From an uncultured Trueperaceae bacterium (GTDB lineage Bacteria; Deinococcota; Deinococci; Deinococcales; Trueperaceae): a DNA stretch of 64,000 nucleotides. The stretch covers positions 1,147,767-1,211,766 of the forward strand of contig CAWFFU010000003.1 of assembly GCA_963815215.1 (NCBI GenBank), given 5' to 3'. The notes beneath the pieces were generated by a model. The model made no database searches. It had not been told where the DNA came from and saw nothing but the letters and a program-made list of their open reading frames with translations. Made by a program: the position numbers and the translations under genes. Below are positions 9,727 through 20,781 of this stretch, in pieces (within the stretch, counting starts at the first letter, position 1; the number at the start of each line of letters is the position of its first letter).

Positions 9727-11170
9727 GGCCCACCTCGGGAGCCAAGCGCTCTTTGCGCTCGCATGCGATCCAGGACCCGTCTCCGCGCTTGGTGAGGGCG
9801 GGAACCGGCGTGCCGGTAGCCTCCGACAGCAGGGACAGACAGCGCCACGTGCAGAAGCCGCCCTGGCACCGGCCCATCCCCGCCCGGGTGCGGAACTTCA
9901 GGCCGTCGAGGGTGCGGGCGCCGCGCGCCACCGCCTCCAGGACCTCGCCCTCGGTGACGTTCTCGCAACGGCAGGCGATGCGGGCGTAGCGCGGGTCGCT
10001 CGCCGCCAGCTCCGCCAGCGCCTCGCGATCGAGCCCCGCGACCTGAATCGGAGGGTCCAGCGTGCCCACGAAGGCGTCGTCGGGCTCCAACACCAGCCCC
10101 TCGGCGGCCAGCAACTCCGCCACCTGCTCGGCGATGGCCGGGGCCGCCGTCAGGCCCGGAGATTGGATGCCGGCCACGTTCACGAAGCCGCGCGCGCGGG
10201 TCGGACCGATGAGGAAGTCCTCGTCGTCCAGTACGGCGCGCAAGCCGGCGAACTCCGCGATGCAGTCGCGCTCGCTGATGCCGGGGACCAGCCTGCGCGC
10301 GCCGGCGAACGCCTCCTCGGCGCCCTCGGCCGTGGTGGACAGGTCGTCCTTGGCCGCCATATGCGCGGTAGGCCCCACCATCAACGTGCCGTCGAAGGTG
10401 GGGATCACCAGGATCCCCTTCGAGTGCGGCGTCGGGCAGGGGAAGATGAGCCGGTTCACCATGCCGGCGAGCCGCTTGTCGAGCAGGTACTCCTCACCCT
10501 TGCGCGCCCGCACCGTGAAGGGCTCGACACCCGCCAGCTCCGCGACACGGTCGGCATGGAGGCCGGCGGCGTTGATCACGAAGCGGCTGCGCACGGTGCG
10601 TTCTGGGGTGAGGAGGTACCATCCGTCCGGATCCCGGTCGATGGCCTTCACCGACTCTCCGCACGCCAGCTCGACACCGTTTCGCACCGCGCTCTCAGCC
10701 AGCGCGAAGCACGCCTCGTAGGGATTGACGACGGCGGCGGTCGGGGCGTGCAACGCCTCCGTGATCTCATCGGAGAGGTTCGGCTCCTCGCGGCGCACGC
10801 GTTCGGCAGGCCACAGTTCGAGTCCGGGCACGCCTTTGCCACGTCCCTGCTCCTGCAACACGCGGAGGGTGCGACGGTCCTCCTCGTCGAACGCCACGGT
10901 GAGCTCGCCGATGCGGCGGAAGCCGAATCCCAGCGCCTCGGCCAGGGCCGGCCAGCGTTGGTTCCCCTCCCACTCCAACCGGCCCTTGAGCGTGGTCGAC
11001 GCGCTGTGGTGCCCGGCGTGGATGATGCCGCTGTTGGCCTTGCTGGTGCCGAATCCGACCTCGGCAGCGCGCTCCAGCACGAGCACACGGAGGCGGTAGC
11101 GGCTGAGCTCGCGCGCGATGGCGCAACCTATGACGCCGCCTCCGATGATGGTCACGTCGACCGAGAGCAT
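9719..11170 (-). CDS. FAD-dependent oxidoreductase with C-terminal BFD-like [2Fe-2S] domain (GlpA/LhgO-like)
   Basis: [39 protein letters not shown]...[12 protein letters not shown]. Confidence 0.9.
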   Translation of the reverse strand: MLSVDVTIIGGGVIGCAIARELSRYRLRVLVLERAAEVGFGTSKANSGIIHAGHHSASTTLKGRLEWEGNQRWPALAEALGFGFRRIGELTVAFDEEDRRTLRVLQEQGRGKGVPGLELWPAERVRREEPNLSDEITEALHAPTAAVVNPYEACFALAESAVRNGVELACGESVKAIDRDPDGWYLLTPERTVRSRFVINAAGLHADRVAELAGVEPFTVRARKGEEYLLDKRLAGMVNRLIFPCPTPHSKGILVIPTFDGTLMVGPTAHMAAKDDLSTTAEGAEEAFAGARRLVPGISERDCIAEFAGLRAVLDDEDFLIGPTRARGFVNVAGIQSPGLTAAPAIAEQVAELLAAEGLVLEPDDAFVGTLDPPIQVAGLDREALAELAASDPRYARIACRCENVTEGEVLEAVARGARTLDGLKFRTRAGMGRCQGGFCTWRCLSLLSEATGTPVPALTKRGDGSWIACERKERLAPEVGHG

Positions 11171-11570
11171 GGCGACCCTTCCGTTACGGACAGGGTTCGG
11201 GTGAACGCCAACGTCATCATGGCACGTGAACGTCCGGCCGTCAGGGACGGCCGTCCCCAGTTATCGCGATGCCGGCTCCGGCAGCGGAGCGAAGTCGGGC
11301 GCATTTCACGGCGGGCTCAGGCCGGACCGACTAACCTCGAACCGTAGTCGACGGGCACCGCCGCCGCGAACTCCTGCCGGCAGGGGAACACGGCGTCGGG
11401 TCAACCCTCCATCAGGACTTCAGGCCGAACGAACCCGCTCCCGTGAGGGCGGGTTCGGCCTGTTCTGCGGCTGCGATCGCTCCCCCGCACGCGGTTCCAC
11501 CGCGGACAACGCCCCGGCCACGGCGCGCCCGACCCACTTGCGCGTACGCTGGATCCGTGGAGGTACGGTG

Positions 11571-12449
11571 ATGACCCGCCAACGCCCGGCCACCCCGCGA
11601 ACGCTCGCCATCGTTGCCGACAGCACCTGCGATCTCACGGCCGACGAGGCCAGCGACCTCGGTGTCGACATCATGCCGCTGCACGTGGAGTTCCGAGGTA
11701 AGACCTATCTCGACGGCGTCGACATCACGACCGCCGACATCCTGGCCGGGATCGCCGCCGGGGCCGACCTGCCCAGCACCAGCCAGGTCACGCCGGACGC
11801 CTTCCTGGGCGCCTTCCAGAGGGCGGCCGACGCGGGGGCGGAGCAGGTACTCTGCATCACCCTGAGCTCCGAGCTCTCCGGGACCTACGCGTCGGCCTGC
11901 CACGCGGTCGAAGGAGCGCCGCTCCCGGTCACCGTCTTCGACACCCGTGCAACAACCGCAGGCCATGGCGACGTGGTCCGCAAGGCCGCGGAGCTTCGCA
12001 ACCAGGGGGCGGAGCTGGCCACCATCCTCACCAGGATCGAGCCGATCCGGGACACGCTCAAGCCCCTGTTCGCCGTCACCAACCTCGAACACCTTCGCCG
12101 CGGCGGCCGCATCGGCCGGGCCAGCGCCCTGCTGGGCAGCCTGCTGCGGATGACGCCGATCCTCACGCACGAAGGATCCGGCGCCGTGCCGGTGACGACC
12201 GTGCGCGGCACGGCCGCCGCCATCCGCGAGATCGTGCGACACGTCCGGGCCTTCGTGAGCGAGCACGCCGGAACCCTCACGTTGACCTTCATGCACGTTC
12301 AGAACGCGGCGAGCGCCGAGCGCCTGGCGCAGGCGCTGCGCGACAGCGGGCTGACGTTCGCCGGCGGGGCCATCCGCGCGATCGGTACGTCCGTCGCCAC
12401 CCACGTGGGGCCGGGAACGTTCGGTGTCTACATGCACACCGAGCCCTGA
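11571..12449 (+). CDS. DegV family fatty-acid-binding protein
   Basis: IVADSTCDL, PSTSQ, LSSELSGTY, LRRGGRIG, THVGPG. GGAGG RBS. Confidence 0.93.
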   Translation: MTRQRPATPRTLAIVADSTCDLTADEASDLGVDIMPLHVEFRGKTYLDGVDITTADILAGIAAGADLPSTSQVTPDAFLGAFQRAADAGAEQVLCITLSSELSGTYASACHAVEGAPLPVTVFDTRATTAGHGDVVRKAAELRNQGAELATILTRIEPIRDTLKPLFAVTNLEHLRRGGRIGRASALLGSLLRMTPILTHEGSGAVPVTTVRGTAAAIREIVRHVRAFVSEHAGTLTLTFMHVQNAASAERLAQALRDSGLTFAGGAIRAIGTSVATHVGPGTFGVYMHTEP

Positions 12450-12526
12450 AGGCGGAAGCTGCCCGCGGGCCCGCGTTGCGAGACGCCGCTCCGGGATTCC
12501 GGCGCGGCGGCCGACGAGGAGGAAGC

Positions 12527-12961
12527 ATGAACATCAGCGACTTCGTCACGCTCGACCACGTTCGCGAAGCCTGCCACGATCTCGGGATCGGCGACTGGAC
12601 CGAACGTGTCGACACACGCGTCGAGGCCGACGAGGCCGAGGCGATCCGCCAGGCGGTCGGCGCCGAAGCCCTGGAGGTCTCCCTCGAAGCCTTCCGACAG
12701 GGTCTCGAGGTCGAGCTGGAGCACGGCCTGCAGTTCCCCGACGCCAACGTCACCAACAACCACCCCATCCTCACCGGTCGGGTCGTGCTCGCCCACCTCA
12801 AGGAGATGCTCGACTACTACGCACGCCTCGAGGTCGCCGAGCTCGAGGGCGACCTGCTCAAGGCGTCGAGGGCGGGCGACGCCGCGCGGCTCGCACGGCT
12901 CTACCCGCGCTGGATCGAGGCCCGCGCGAAGCTCAGCGCCTCGGAGACCTCCGAGGCGTAG
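12527..12961 (+). CDS. DUF5661-like protein
   Basis: FRQGLEVELEHG...NVTNNHPILTGRVVLAHLKEMLDYYARL. GAGGAGG RBS. Confidence 0.75.
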   Translation: MNISDFVTLDHVREACHDLGIGDWTERVDTRVEADEAEAIRQAVGAEALEVSLEAFRQGLEVELEHGLQFPDANVTNNHPILTGRVVLAHLKEMLDYYARLEVAELEGDLLKASRAGDAARLARLYPRWIEARAKLSASETSEA

Positions 12962-13052
12962 GGACCGTCGACAGGCAACGGCCCCACCGGCGCCAGCCTC
13001 TCACTCCCGGGTCGCCGCCCCCAGACCTCGTCCGCCGGCATGGCGCAAGGAC

Positions 13053-14711
13053 TCAGGCTCGCTGCGCCTCCCGGTGGCGGTAGACCGGTGCGTCGCTCGG
13101 CGGGAGCGGCGTGTCTCCGCGGATCAGATCGGCCGCCTTCTCGGCGATCATCATCACCGGCGCGTAGATGTTGCCGTTGGTGATGATCGGCATGACGGAG
13201 GCGTCCACCACCCGCAGGCCCTCGAGGCCGTGGACCTTCATGGACGAGGGGTCCACGACCGCCATCGCGTCGGTCCCCATCCTGGCGGTGCTGCAGGGGT
13301 GCAGCGCCGTCTCCGCGTCGCGGGCGACCCACGCGAGGATCTCCTCGTCGGTCTCGACCGACGGTCCCGGCGATAGCTCGCCGCCGTTGTAAGGCTCGAA
13401 CGCCGGCTGCGTGAGGATGTGGCGGGCCGTGCGCACCGCCTCCAGCCACTCGCGCCGATCGTTCGGCGTGGACAGGTAGTTGAAGCGCAGCGACGGCTTG
13501 ACGCGCGGGTCGGTCGACACGATCTTCAGCTCGCCACGCACGTCGGAGAACATAGGGCCGACATGCACCTGGTAGCCGTGGCCGGACGCGGGCGAACTGC
13601 CGTCATAGCGGATGGCGAGCGGCAGGAAGTGGAACATCAGGTTGGGCCAGGCCACCTCGTCGTTCGAGCGCACGAAGCCGCCTCCCTCGAAGTGATTGCT
13701 GGCACCCGCACCACTCCGGAAGAACAGCCACTGGAACCCCACCCACGGCCGCCGCCACCACTTCAACCAGGGTGCGACCGAGACAGGCTGCTTGGAGGCG
13801 TACTGGATGTAGACCTCGAGATGGTCCTGCAGGTTCTGCCCCACGCCAGACAAGTCGGCCACCGGCGCGATCCCCAGAGAGCGCAGGTGCTCCGCCGGAC
13901 CGACCCCGGAGAGCTGCAGCAACTGCGGCGTGTTGATGGACCCGCCGCTGAGGATCACCTCGCCCGCGTCGACGCGCCGGAGCTGACCGCCGTGCTCGTA
14001 CTCAACGCCGGTGGCGCGCGCGCCGTCGAAGAGGACGCGGGTGACGAAGGCGCGGGTGCGAACGGTGAGGTTCGGCCGGCGGCGGACCGGGTCGAGGTAC
14101 GCCTTCGAGGCCGACCAGCGCCTGCCGCGGTGGATGTTCCGGTCGAACGGCGCGAAGCCTTCCTGTCGGTAGCCGTTGACGTCGTCGGTGAGGGAGTACC
14201 CCGCTTGCCGCACGGCCTCGAAGAACGCGCCGAAGAGTGGATTGGTGGCCGGGCCCCGCTCGAGGATGAGCGGACCGTCCCCCCCACGCCAGGCATCGGC
14301 GCCCGCCAGGCAGGTCTCCATCCGCTTGAAGTACGGAAGGCAGTGAGCGTAGTCCCATGCTTCCATGCCCGGCGCCTGTGCCCAGCGGTCGTAGTCCATC
14401 GGGTTGCCGCGTTGGAAGATCATGCCGTTGATGCTCGAGGAGCCGCCGAGCACCTTGCCGCGCGCATGGTAGATCCGGCGCCCATCCATGTGGGGTTCCG
14501 GTTCGGTCTCGTAGCGCCAGTCGTAGCGCGGGTTCCCGATCGGGAACGGCAACGCCGCCGGCATGTGGATGAACACGTCCCAGGGCCAATCCGCACGCCC
14601 CGCCTCGAGGACCAGCACGCTCGCGGAAGCGTCCGTGCTCAAACGGTTCGCGATCGCCGAGCCGGCCGAGCCTCCACCCACGACCACCACGTCGTGTCGC
14701 TCGCTCTCCAT
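13053..14711 (-). CDS. betA: Choline dehydrogenase (GMC oxidoreductase)
   Basis: [66 protein letters not shown] before ATG 14711. Confidence 0.88.
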   Translation of the reverse strand: MESERHDVVVVGGGSAGSAIANRLSTDASASVLVLEAGRADWPWDVFIHMPAALPFPIGNPRYDWRYETEPEPHMDGRRIYHARGKVLGGSSSINGMIFQRGNPMDYDRWAQAPGMEAWDYAHCLPYFKRMETCLAGADAWRGGDGPLILERGPATNPLFGAFFEAVRQAGYSLTDDVNGYRQEGFAPFDRNIHRGRRWSASKAYLDPVRRRPNLTVRTRAFVTRVLFDGARATGVEYEHGGQLRRVDAGEVILSGGSINTPQLLQLSGVGPAEHLRSLGIAPVADLSGVGQNLQDHLEVYIQYASKQPVSVAPWLKWWRRPWVGFQWLFFRSGAGASNHFEGGGFVRSNDEVAWPNLMFHFLPLAIRYDGSSPASGHGYQVHVGPMFSDVRGELKIVSTDPRVKPSLRFNYLSTPNDRREWLEAVRTARHILTQPAFEPYNGGELSPGPSVETDEEILAWVARDAETALHPCSTARMGTDAMAVVDPSSMKVHGLEGLRVVDASVMPIITNGNIYAPVMMIAEKAADLIRGDTPLPPSDAPVYRHREAQRA

Positions 14712-14927
14712 GGCTCGCTCCTTCCCGCGGTGGTCCTGGTCGGAGCCGTCCCGACCGTGCCGCCGCGTGCCCACCCGGCTCGCCCGGACCCCATCGACCC
14801 CGCCGGACGGGGCCTGACCGACCCTGGACGCTACCGATGGTACCAGGCGTCCTCCCGGGCCCATCGTCCCGGCCGTGCCCCGCGTCGGCCGACGCATCGC
14901 AAGGAGGGCCCAACGGCGTCCCCCGCA

Positions 14928-14967
14928 TTGACGAAGGGCCGGCCCAGGTTGTATGTTGTCAGACAAC
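14928..14967 (+). promoter_or_regulatory. Promoter with overlapping FadR/GntR-type operator
   Basis: TTGACG (14928-14933), 18 bp, TATGTT (14952-14957); perfect palindrome GTTGTC-A-GACAAC at 14955-14967. Confidence 0.7.
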
Positions 14968-15014
14968 CGACGTCTGATAAGAGTAGGCCCGCCCTGCTCG
15001 CTACCTGGAGTCCC

Positions 15015-15749
15015 ATGCTCGAGGTCATCCCCACATCGAGGCTGCACGGAGTCATCCAAGACCGGCTCCGACGGTTCATCCTCGACAGTCAGCTCCGGCC
15101 CGGTGACAAGCTCCCCACCGAGAAGGAGCTGTCTGGCCGGCTGGGAGCGAGCCGGAGCGCCGTCCGCGAGGCGCTGCGCTCGCTCGAGGCGCTGGGCATG
15201 ATCGAGGTCAAGCACGGCAAGGGTCGCTTCCTGCGGGCGTTCGACGTGGCCTCCATCGCGAGCAACCTGGCCTACTCGTTGACCTTCGACGCGGCCAGCA
15301 TCCGCGACCTGCTGGAGGTTCGGCGCACGCTCGAGACGTCCTTCATCGCTCAGGCCACGCGGAAGCTCGAGGCCTCACGCATCGATAGGCTCTACGCCAT
15401 CGTGGAACAGATGGCCCTCAGCGCGGACGCCGGGCGAGCGTTCATCGAGGAAGACATGGCCTTCCACAAGGTCCTGTTCGGCGCCCTCCACAACGAGGTC
15501 CTGAAGAAGATCCTCGATGTGTTCTGGGGGCTCTTCCAGCACCTTCACGCTCGGAACGTGCTGCCCCCGGGCGAAGCCGCCGCCACGGTGGCGTACCACC
15601 GCCAGATCGTGGACGCCATGGCGGCGAAGGACGTGACGAGCGCGCGCGAAGCGCTCGACGAGCACTTCCGCGACGTGGAACGACGCCTCGAGTCCGCGAT
15701 CGAGGCCACGGGTGAGGAGGTGTCCCTGCCTACCGAGTTCGTTTCCTGA
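15015..15749 (+). CDS. FadR/GntR family transcriptional regulator
   Basis: [13 protein letters not shown]...[18 protein letters not shown]...HGKG; FCD-type C-terminus ([14 protein letters not shown]). Confidence 0.93.
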   Translation: MLEVIPTSRLHGVIQDRLRRFILDSQLRPGDKLPTEKELSGRLGASRSAVREALRSLEALGMIEVKHGKGRFLRAFDVASIASNLAYSLTFDAASIRDLLEVRRTLETSFIAQATRKLEASRIDRLYAIVEQMALSADAGRAFIEEDMAFHKVLFGALHNEVLKKILDVFWGLFQHLHARNVLPPGEAAATVAYHRQIVDAMAAKDVTSAREALDEHFRDVERRLESAIEATGEEVSLPTEFVS

Positions 15750-15811
15750 GGATCCGGACCCACGCCCGTCGTGCGCCCGGAACAGACCCGTCGACCGGAC
15801 AAGGAGACATC

Positions 15812-17074
15812 GTGACACCAGCATCACGCTTCAAACGCGTCGTTCTGATGACCCTCGGCGCCCTGCTACTGGGCACCGTACTGCCCATCTCACAGGCGTT
15901 CGCGCAAGGGAACAAGACGGTCGTCAACTACTGGCTGTGGCTGGACGACTCCACGGACCCGGTGTGGCCGGACCTCGTCAAGGAGTTCAACCAGACCCAC
16001 CCCAACATCGAGGTGAAGTACCAGACCATCCCGCTGAGCCAGTACCACGACCGGCTCCTGACGGCGATCGGTTCCGGCAGCGCGCCCGACGCCGCACGCT
16101 TCAAGGACTGGTGGCTGGGCGAGTTCGTCTCCAACGACCTGTTGCAGCCGCTCACCTCCTACATCCAGCAGTGGCCGGGCTCCAGTGACGTCATCCAGAA
16201 CCTGTGGTCGACCGGCAAGACCTCGGCGGACAGCCCTGTCTACATGCTGCCTGCCCAGTACATCACCTTCTACCTGTACTACCGGGCGGACCGCCTGAAG
16301 GCGGCCGGGCTCGAGCCTCCCAAGACCTTCGCCGAGTTCGTGCAGGAAGCCAAGACGCTCACCGATCCGGCGAAGAAGCAGTACGGCTTCGCCCTCCGCG
16401 GCGGTGCCGGCGGCCAGGACCAGTGGTACGCCTTCATGCTGGCCCTCGGGTGCCACCTCGTGGACGGCAGTGGCGCCGTGGTGGCCGACAGCCAGGCCTG
16501 CGTCGACGCCAACCAGAAGTACATCGACCTGTTCCGGGTCGACAAGGTCACGCCACCGACCGCCCCCTCGGACGGCTTCGCCCAGATCATCGGCGGCTTC
16601 GAGTCGGGCATCACGACCTTCGCCGCGCACCACGTCGGTAGCTCGAAATCCCTGACGGAGAAGCTCGGCAGCGACCTGGGCGTCACCAACGTCCCGCCGG
16701 CCGATCCCAACAAGCCGGCGACGATGATGGCGATGAGCGGGAACGTCGTGTTCGGGAGCTCCAAGGAGAAGCAGGCCGCCTTCACGTTCATCTCGTGGCT
16801 CGACACCCAGGGCCCGATGGACAAGATGAGCCGCTCGGCGAACGGGCAGCTCCCGGTCCTGACGTCCGTCGCCTCCGAGCCCTACTACCAGAACAACCCG
16901 TTCTTCAAGCTCTCGCTCGATCAGGCCAACTACGCGGTCGCCTGGCCGCCCCTCCCGGGCGTCGGGTACGTAGCGTCGCAGCTCTGGCAGGCGAGCATGC
17001 AGCAGGCCTTGCTCGGACAGATCACCAGCCAGCAGATGATGACGCAGATCGCCACCGCCCTGAAGCAGAAGTAG
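15812..17074 (+). CDS. Carbohydrate ABC transporter (CUT1) substrate-binding protein
   Basis: Signal peptide ending AFA-Q; FNQTHPNIEVK, GSAPD, LYYRAD, PKTFAEF. AAGGAG RBS. Confidence 0.9.
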   Translation: MTPASRFKRVVLMTLGALLLGTVLPISQAFAQGNKTVVNYWLWLDDSTDPVWPDLVKEFNQTHPNIEVKYQTIPLSQYHDRLLTAIGSGSAPDAARFKDWWLGEFVSNDLLQPLTSYIQQWPGSSDVIQNLWSTGKTSADSPVYMLPAQYITFYLYYRADRLKAAGLEPPKTFAEFVQEAKTLTDPAKKQYGFALRGGAGGQDQWYAFMLALGCHLVDGSGAVVADSQACVDANQKYIDLFRVDKVTPPTAPSDGFAQIIGGFESGITTFAAHHVGSSKSLTEKLGSDLGVTNVPPADPNKPATMMAMSGNVVFGSSKEKQAAFTFISWLDTQGPMDKMSRSANGQLPVLTSVASEPYYQNNPFFKLSLDQANYAVAWPPLPGVGYVASQLWQASMQQALLGQITSQQMMTQIATALKQK

Positions 17075-17084
17075 AGGTCGCTCC

Positions 17085-18002
17085 ATGGTCCGCACCAGCG
17101 CACCACGCAACAGGTGGTTGAACCCGCGGCTCCGCCGACGCCTTGTCCCGGCACTGCTGCTGGCGCCGGCGGCACTGCTCCTGGTGTTCGTGATCGGCTA
17201 CCCGCTGGTGCGGGCCATCCTCTTGACCTTCCAGAACTTCAACATGCTGCAGCCCTCCCGAACCACCTGGGTCGGGCTGCAGAACTTCGTCCAGGTCTTC
17301 CACAATCCGGTCTTCTGGATCGCCATGCGCAACACCCTGGTGTGGGTGGCGAGCGCGGTGTCGCTGCAGCTCGTCTTCGGCTTCATCGGGGCACTCCTGC
17401 TCAACCAGTCGTTCTTCGGCCGCGACGTCGTCAGGGGCGTGCTCCTCATCCCATGGGCGACCCCCAGCGTGCTGGTTGCGTTGATGTGGATGTGGATGCT
17501 CGACGGGAACTACGGCATCGTCAACGAGATCCTCGTGCGCGTCGGGATCCTGAAGACCTTCTTCCCCTTCCTTTCCTCGCCCCACACGGCGCTACCCACC
17601 CTCATCATGATCGACGTGTGGCAGGGGATCCCGTTCTTCGCAGTCATGCTCCTCGCCGCCCTGCAGGCCATCCCGTTGGAGCTCGAGCAGGCGGCGCGGG
17701 TCGACGGAGCCAACCCGGCGCAAGTGTTGTGGCACGTGAAGGTCCCCCTGCTCCTCCCGACCATCCTGATCACGACCATCCTGCGGCTCATCTGGACCGC
17801 CAACTACATGGACCTGATGTTCGTCATGACGAACGGCGGGCCGGGCTACGCCACCACCACCATGCCGTTCTTCGCCTATACGGAGGCCTACCGGCGCATC
17901 CACTTCAGTACCGGCGCCACCGCGGCGTTCGTCCAGGCGCTCCTGCTGGGCCTGGTCATCATCGTGTACATCCGTATCCTTCGCCGACAGCAGGTGGTGT
18001 GA
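17085..18002 (+). CDS. Carbohydrate ABC transporter permease
   Basis: VGLQNF, LLIPWATPSV, EAA-like loop EQAARVDGAN. Confidence 0.93.
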   Translation: MVRTSAPRNRWLNPRLRRRLVPALLLAPAALLLVFVIGYPLVRAILLTFQNFNMLQPSRTTWVGLQNFVQVFHNPVFWIAMRNTLVWVASAVSLQLVFGFIGALLLNQSFFGRDVVRGVLLIPWATPSVLVALMWMWMLDGNYGIVNEILVRVGILKTFFPFLSSPHTALPTLIMIDVWQGIPFFAVMLLAALQAIPLELEQAARVDGANPAQVLWHVKVPLLLPTILITTILRLIWTANYMDLMFVMTNGGPGYATTTMPFFAYTEAYRRIHFSTGATAAFVQALLLGLVIIVYIRILRRQQVV

Positions 18003-18003
18003 C

Positions 18004-18888
18004 ATGACAGGCACCTCGCACCGATCGACCGGCCTCGGCCGGACCCGTCCCCGGCCGCGCTTCCGCTGGCGCTGGGGTCGAGCGGGTCTGGGCATCGCCA
18101 TCCTCGGGTGGTTGACGTTCGCCCTCGGGCCCTACGTCTGGATGTTCCTGACATCGCTCAAGCCCAAGAGCGAGCTGTACACATCGCCCGTCCAGGTGCT
18201 GCCCCACTCCGTTACCTTCCTCGGCTACAAGCTGCTGGTCACCACGACGCCGTTCCTGCGCTACTTCCTGAACAGCGCCATCGTCTCGGCGGGCACCGTG
18301 GCGCTGGCCACGGTCGCGGCGGTGCTGGCGGCGTATGCGCTCTCACGCTTCCGGATCCCCGGGAAGACCTACATCCTGATCGGCCTGCTGGTCACGCAGC
18401 TCATCCCCTCGGTCCTGATGGTGATGCCACTCTTCCTCACGCTGAGGACGATCGGCCTGCTGAACACCTGGTGGGGCCTCATCCTCGTGGACACCGCCTT
18501 CGCCCTGCCGTTCACGACCTATCTTCTGACGGGCTTCATGGACGCCGTACCCAAAGAGCTCGACGAGGCCGCCATGATCGACGGCTGCAACGAGATCACG
18601 GCCTTCCGCTGGGTGCTGGCGCCGCTGCTGGTACCCGGTATCGCGGCGTCATCGACGTACGTGTTCATCTACTCCTGGAACGAGTTCATCTACGCCTTGA
18701 CGTTCACCTCGACCACGGTGTCGCGCACGCTGCCCGTGGGCCTGCGAACGTTCATCGGCGAGTATCTGATCCGCTGGGACCTGCTGACCGCCGGCGGCGT
18801 CATCTCGGTGATCCCGACCATCCTGTTCTTCATGCTCGTGCAACGTAATCTCATCGCCGGCCTGACCGCCGGTGCCGTCAAAGGCTAG
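18004..18888 (+). CDS. Carbohydrate ABC transporter permease
   Basis: AAYALSR, PKELDEAAMIDG, SWNEFIYA, GLTAGAVKG. Confidence 0.93.
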   Translation: MTGTSHRSTGLGRTRPRPRFRWRWGRAGLGIAILGWLTFALGPYVWMFLTSLKPKSELYTSPVQVLPHSVTFLGYKLLVTTTPFLRYFLNSAIVSAGTVALATVAAVLAAYALSRFRIPGKTYILIGLLVTQLIPSVLMVMPLFLTLRTIGLLNTWWGLILVDTAFALPFTTYLLTGFMDAVPKELDEAAMIDGCNEITAFRWVLAPLLVPGIAASSTYVFIYSWNEFIYALTFTSTTVSRTLPVGLRTFIGEYLIRWDLLTAGGVISVIPTILFFMLVQRNLIAGLTAGAVKG

Positions 18889-18931
18889 TCACCCATCCCT
18901 GGCAGCAATCCCGGAACCGAGGAGCTGGCAC

Positions 18932-19819
18932 ATGCAGACCGTCGCCGAACAACCCCACGACCTCGTCGCGCTGGAGGGCCTCGCCCGACAGATCCGGCGC
19001 GACAGCATCCGCATGATCGCCGGCACGGGCTCGGGCCATCCCGGCGGCGCGCTCGGTGCGGCCGAGCTGATCGCGGCGCTCTACGGCGCGGTCCTGCGGC
19101 ACGACCCGCGGCGGCCCGACGACCCCGACCGGGACCGCTTCGTGCTGAGCAACGGACACATCTGCGCAGCGTTCTACTCGGCGCTGTGCCGTACCGGCTA
19201 CCTGGAACCCGCTGAGCTCGCCACCTTCCGGAAGCTCGACAGCCGCCTGCAGGGGCATCCCGCCCGGGTGGATCTCCCGGACCTCGTCGAGACCTCCTCG
19301 GGCCCGCTGGGCCAGGGGCTGTCGGTGGCCAACGGCCTGGCGCTGGCGGCGCGTCTCGACGGCAGGGACTCCCGCGTGTACTGTCTCGTCGGCGACGGCG
19401 AACTCCAGGAGGGCCAGATCTGGGAGGCCCTGATGGCGGCCGCCCATCACCGGCTCGGCAACCTCACCCTGCTGATCAGCGACAACGGTCTGCAGATCGA
19501 CGGCGAGGTGGAGCACGTCAAGCACATCTCACCGCTCCCCGACAAGCTCCGCGCCTTCGGCTGGCATGTCGACGAGATCGACGGGCACGACCTGCAGGCG
19601 ATCCTCGAGGTCCTCGCGGGCGCGCCTCGCGCTGTGGCGGCCGACCGGCCGCACGCGGTCATCGCACGCACCGTCATGGGCAAGGGCGTGCCCTTCATGG
19701 AGAATCTCGCCAAGTGGCACGGAACCGTGCCGTCGCTCGACGAAGCCCGTCGGGCCCTGGAGGCCATCGGCCCGTCCGACGGCTACCTGGACTTCCCCCT
19801 TCAGGAGGTCGAGCTGTGA
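18932..19819 (+). CDS. Split transketolase, N-terminal (ThDP-binding) subunit
   Basis: SGHPGG, DRDRFVLSNGH, LQGHP, GPLGQG, GDGELQEG...N, KGVPFME..KWHG. Confidence 0.93.
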   Translation: MQTVAEQPHDLVALEGLARQIRRDSIRMIAGTGSGHPGGALGAAELIAALYGAVLRHDPRRPDDPDRDRFVLSNGHICAAFYSALCRTGYLEPAELATFRKLDSRLQGHPARVDLPDLVETSSGPLGQGLSVANGLALAARLDGRDSRVYCLVGDGELQEGQIWEALMAAAHHRLGNLTLLISDNGLQIDGEVEHVKHISPLPDKLRAFGWHVDEIDGHDLQAILEVLAGAPRAVAADRPHAVIARTVMGKGVPFMENLAKWHGTVPSLDEARRALEAIGPSDGYLDFPLQEVEL

Positions 19820-20781
19820 ACCTCAACGACCCCATGCCCATCCGGGAGGCCTTCGGCAAGGCGCTCGTCGAGCTCGGCGCCACCGAGCCCGACCTCGTCG
19901 TGCTCACGGCCGATCTGGCCGAGGCGATCAAGGTGCACTGGTTCGCGGAGGCCTACCCCGAGCGCTTCTTCCAGATGGGCATCTCCGAGAGCGACATGAT
20001 CGGCACCGCGGCGGGCCTGGCGCTCGCCGGGAAGATCCCGTTCGCGACGACCTTCGCCGTGTTCGCCACCTCGCTGGCGAACCAGGCGGTGCGGCTGTCC
20101 GTCGCCTACAACCGCACCAACGTCAAGATCGCCGCCAGCCACGGTGGGCTCCAGGTCGGCGAGGACGGGGCGACCCACCAGGCCATCGAGGACCTCGCGC
20201 TCATGCGCGTGCTCCCGGGCATGACCGTGATCGCGCCCTGCGACGCGCGCGAGGCCGTGAAGGCGACCGTGGCGGCCGCACGCCATGACGGCCCGGTATA
20301 CCTGCGGCTGGGACGCATCCCCACCCCCATCGTCACCGCCGAGGACACCCCCTTCGAGATCGGCAAGGCCGTCACGCTCCGCGAGGGGGGCGACGTCGCA
20401 CTCCTCAGCATCGGGACCATGATCGGTCCGGCGCTGGAAGCGGCCCAAACGCTCTCCTCGGCAGGCATCGAGGCCGCCGTCGTCAACGTCCACACGCTCA
20501 AACCGCTGGACGAACAGGCCGTGCTCGAGCACGCACGCGCCTGCGGAGCCCTGGTCACCATCGAGGAGCACACGATCCTCGGCGGCCTCGGCGGCGCGGT
20601 AGCCGAGACCCTGGCCGGAGCGAGGCCGACGCCGCTCGAGAGGGTCGGGATCCGCGACACGTTCGGCGAGTCCGGACCACCGGCGGCGCTGTTCGAGAAG
20701 TACGGACTCACCGCCAAGGACATCGTGGCGGCCGCGTTACGGGCCGTAGGGCGGAAACGGGACCTGGCGGTGAGCCTATGA
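19816..20781 (+). CDS. Split transketolase, C-terminal subunit
   Basis: MGISESDM, GEDGATHQAIED, GPVYLRLGR, TIEEH..GGLG. Confidence 0.93.
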   Translation: MNLNDPMPIREAFGKALVELGATEPDLVVLTADLAEAIKVHWFAEAYPERFFQMGISESDMIGTAAGLALAGKIPFATTFAVFATSLANQAVRLSVAYNRTNVKIAASHGGLQVGEDGATHQAIEDLALMRVLPGMTVIAPCDAREAVKATVAAARHDGPVYLRLGRIPTPIVTAEDTPFEIGKAVTLREGGDVALLSIGTMIGPALEAAQTLSSAGIEAAVVNVHTLKPLDEQAVLEHARACGALVTIEEHTILGGLGGAVAETLAGARPTPLERVGIRDTFGESGPPAALFEKYGLTAKDIVAAALRAVGRKRDLAVSL

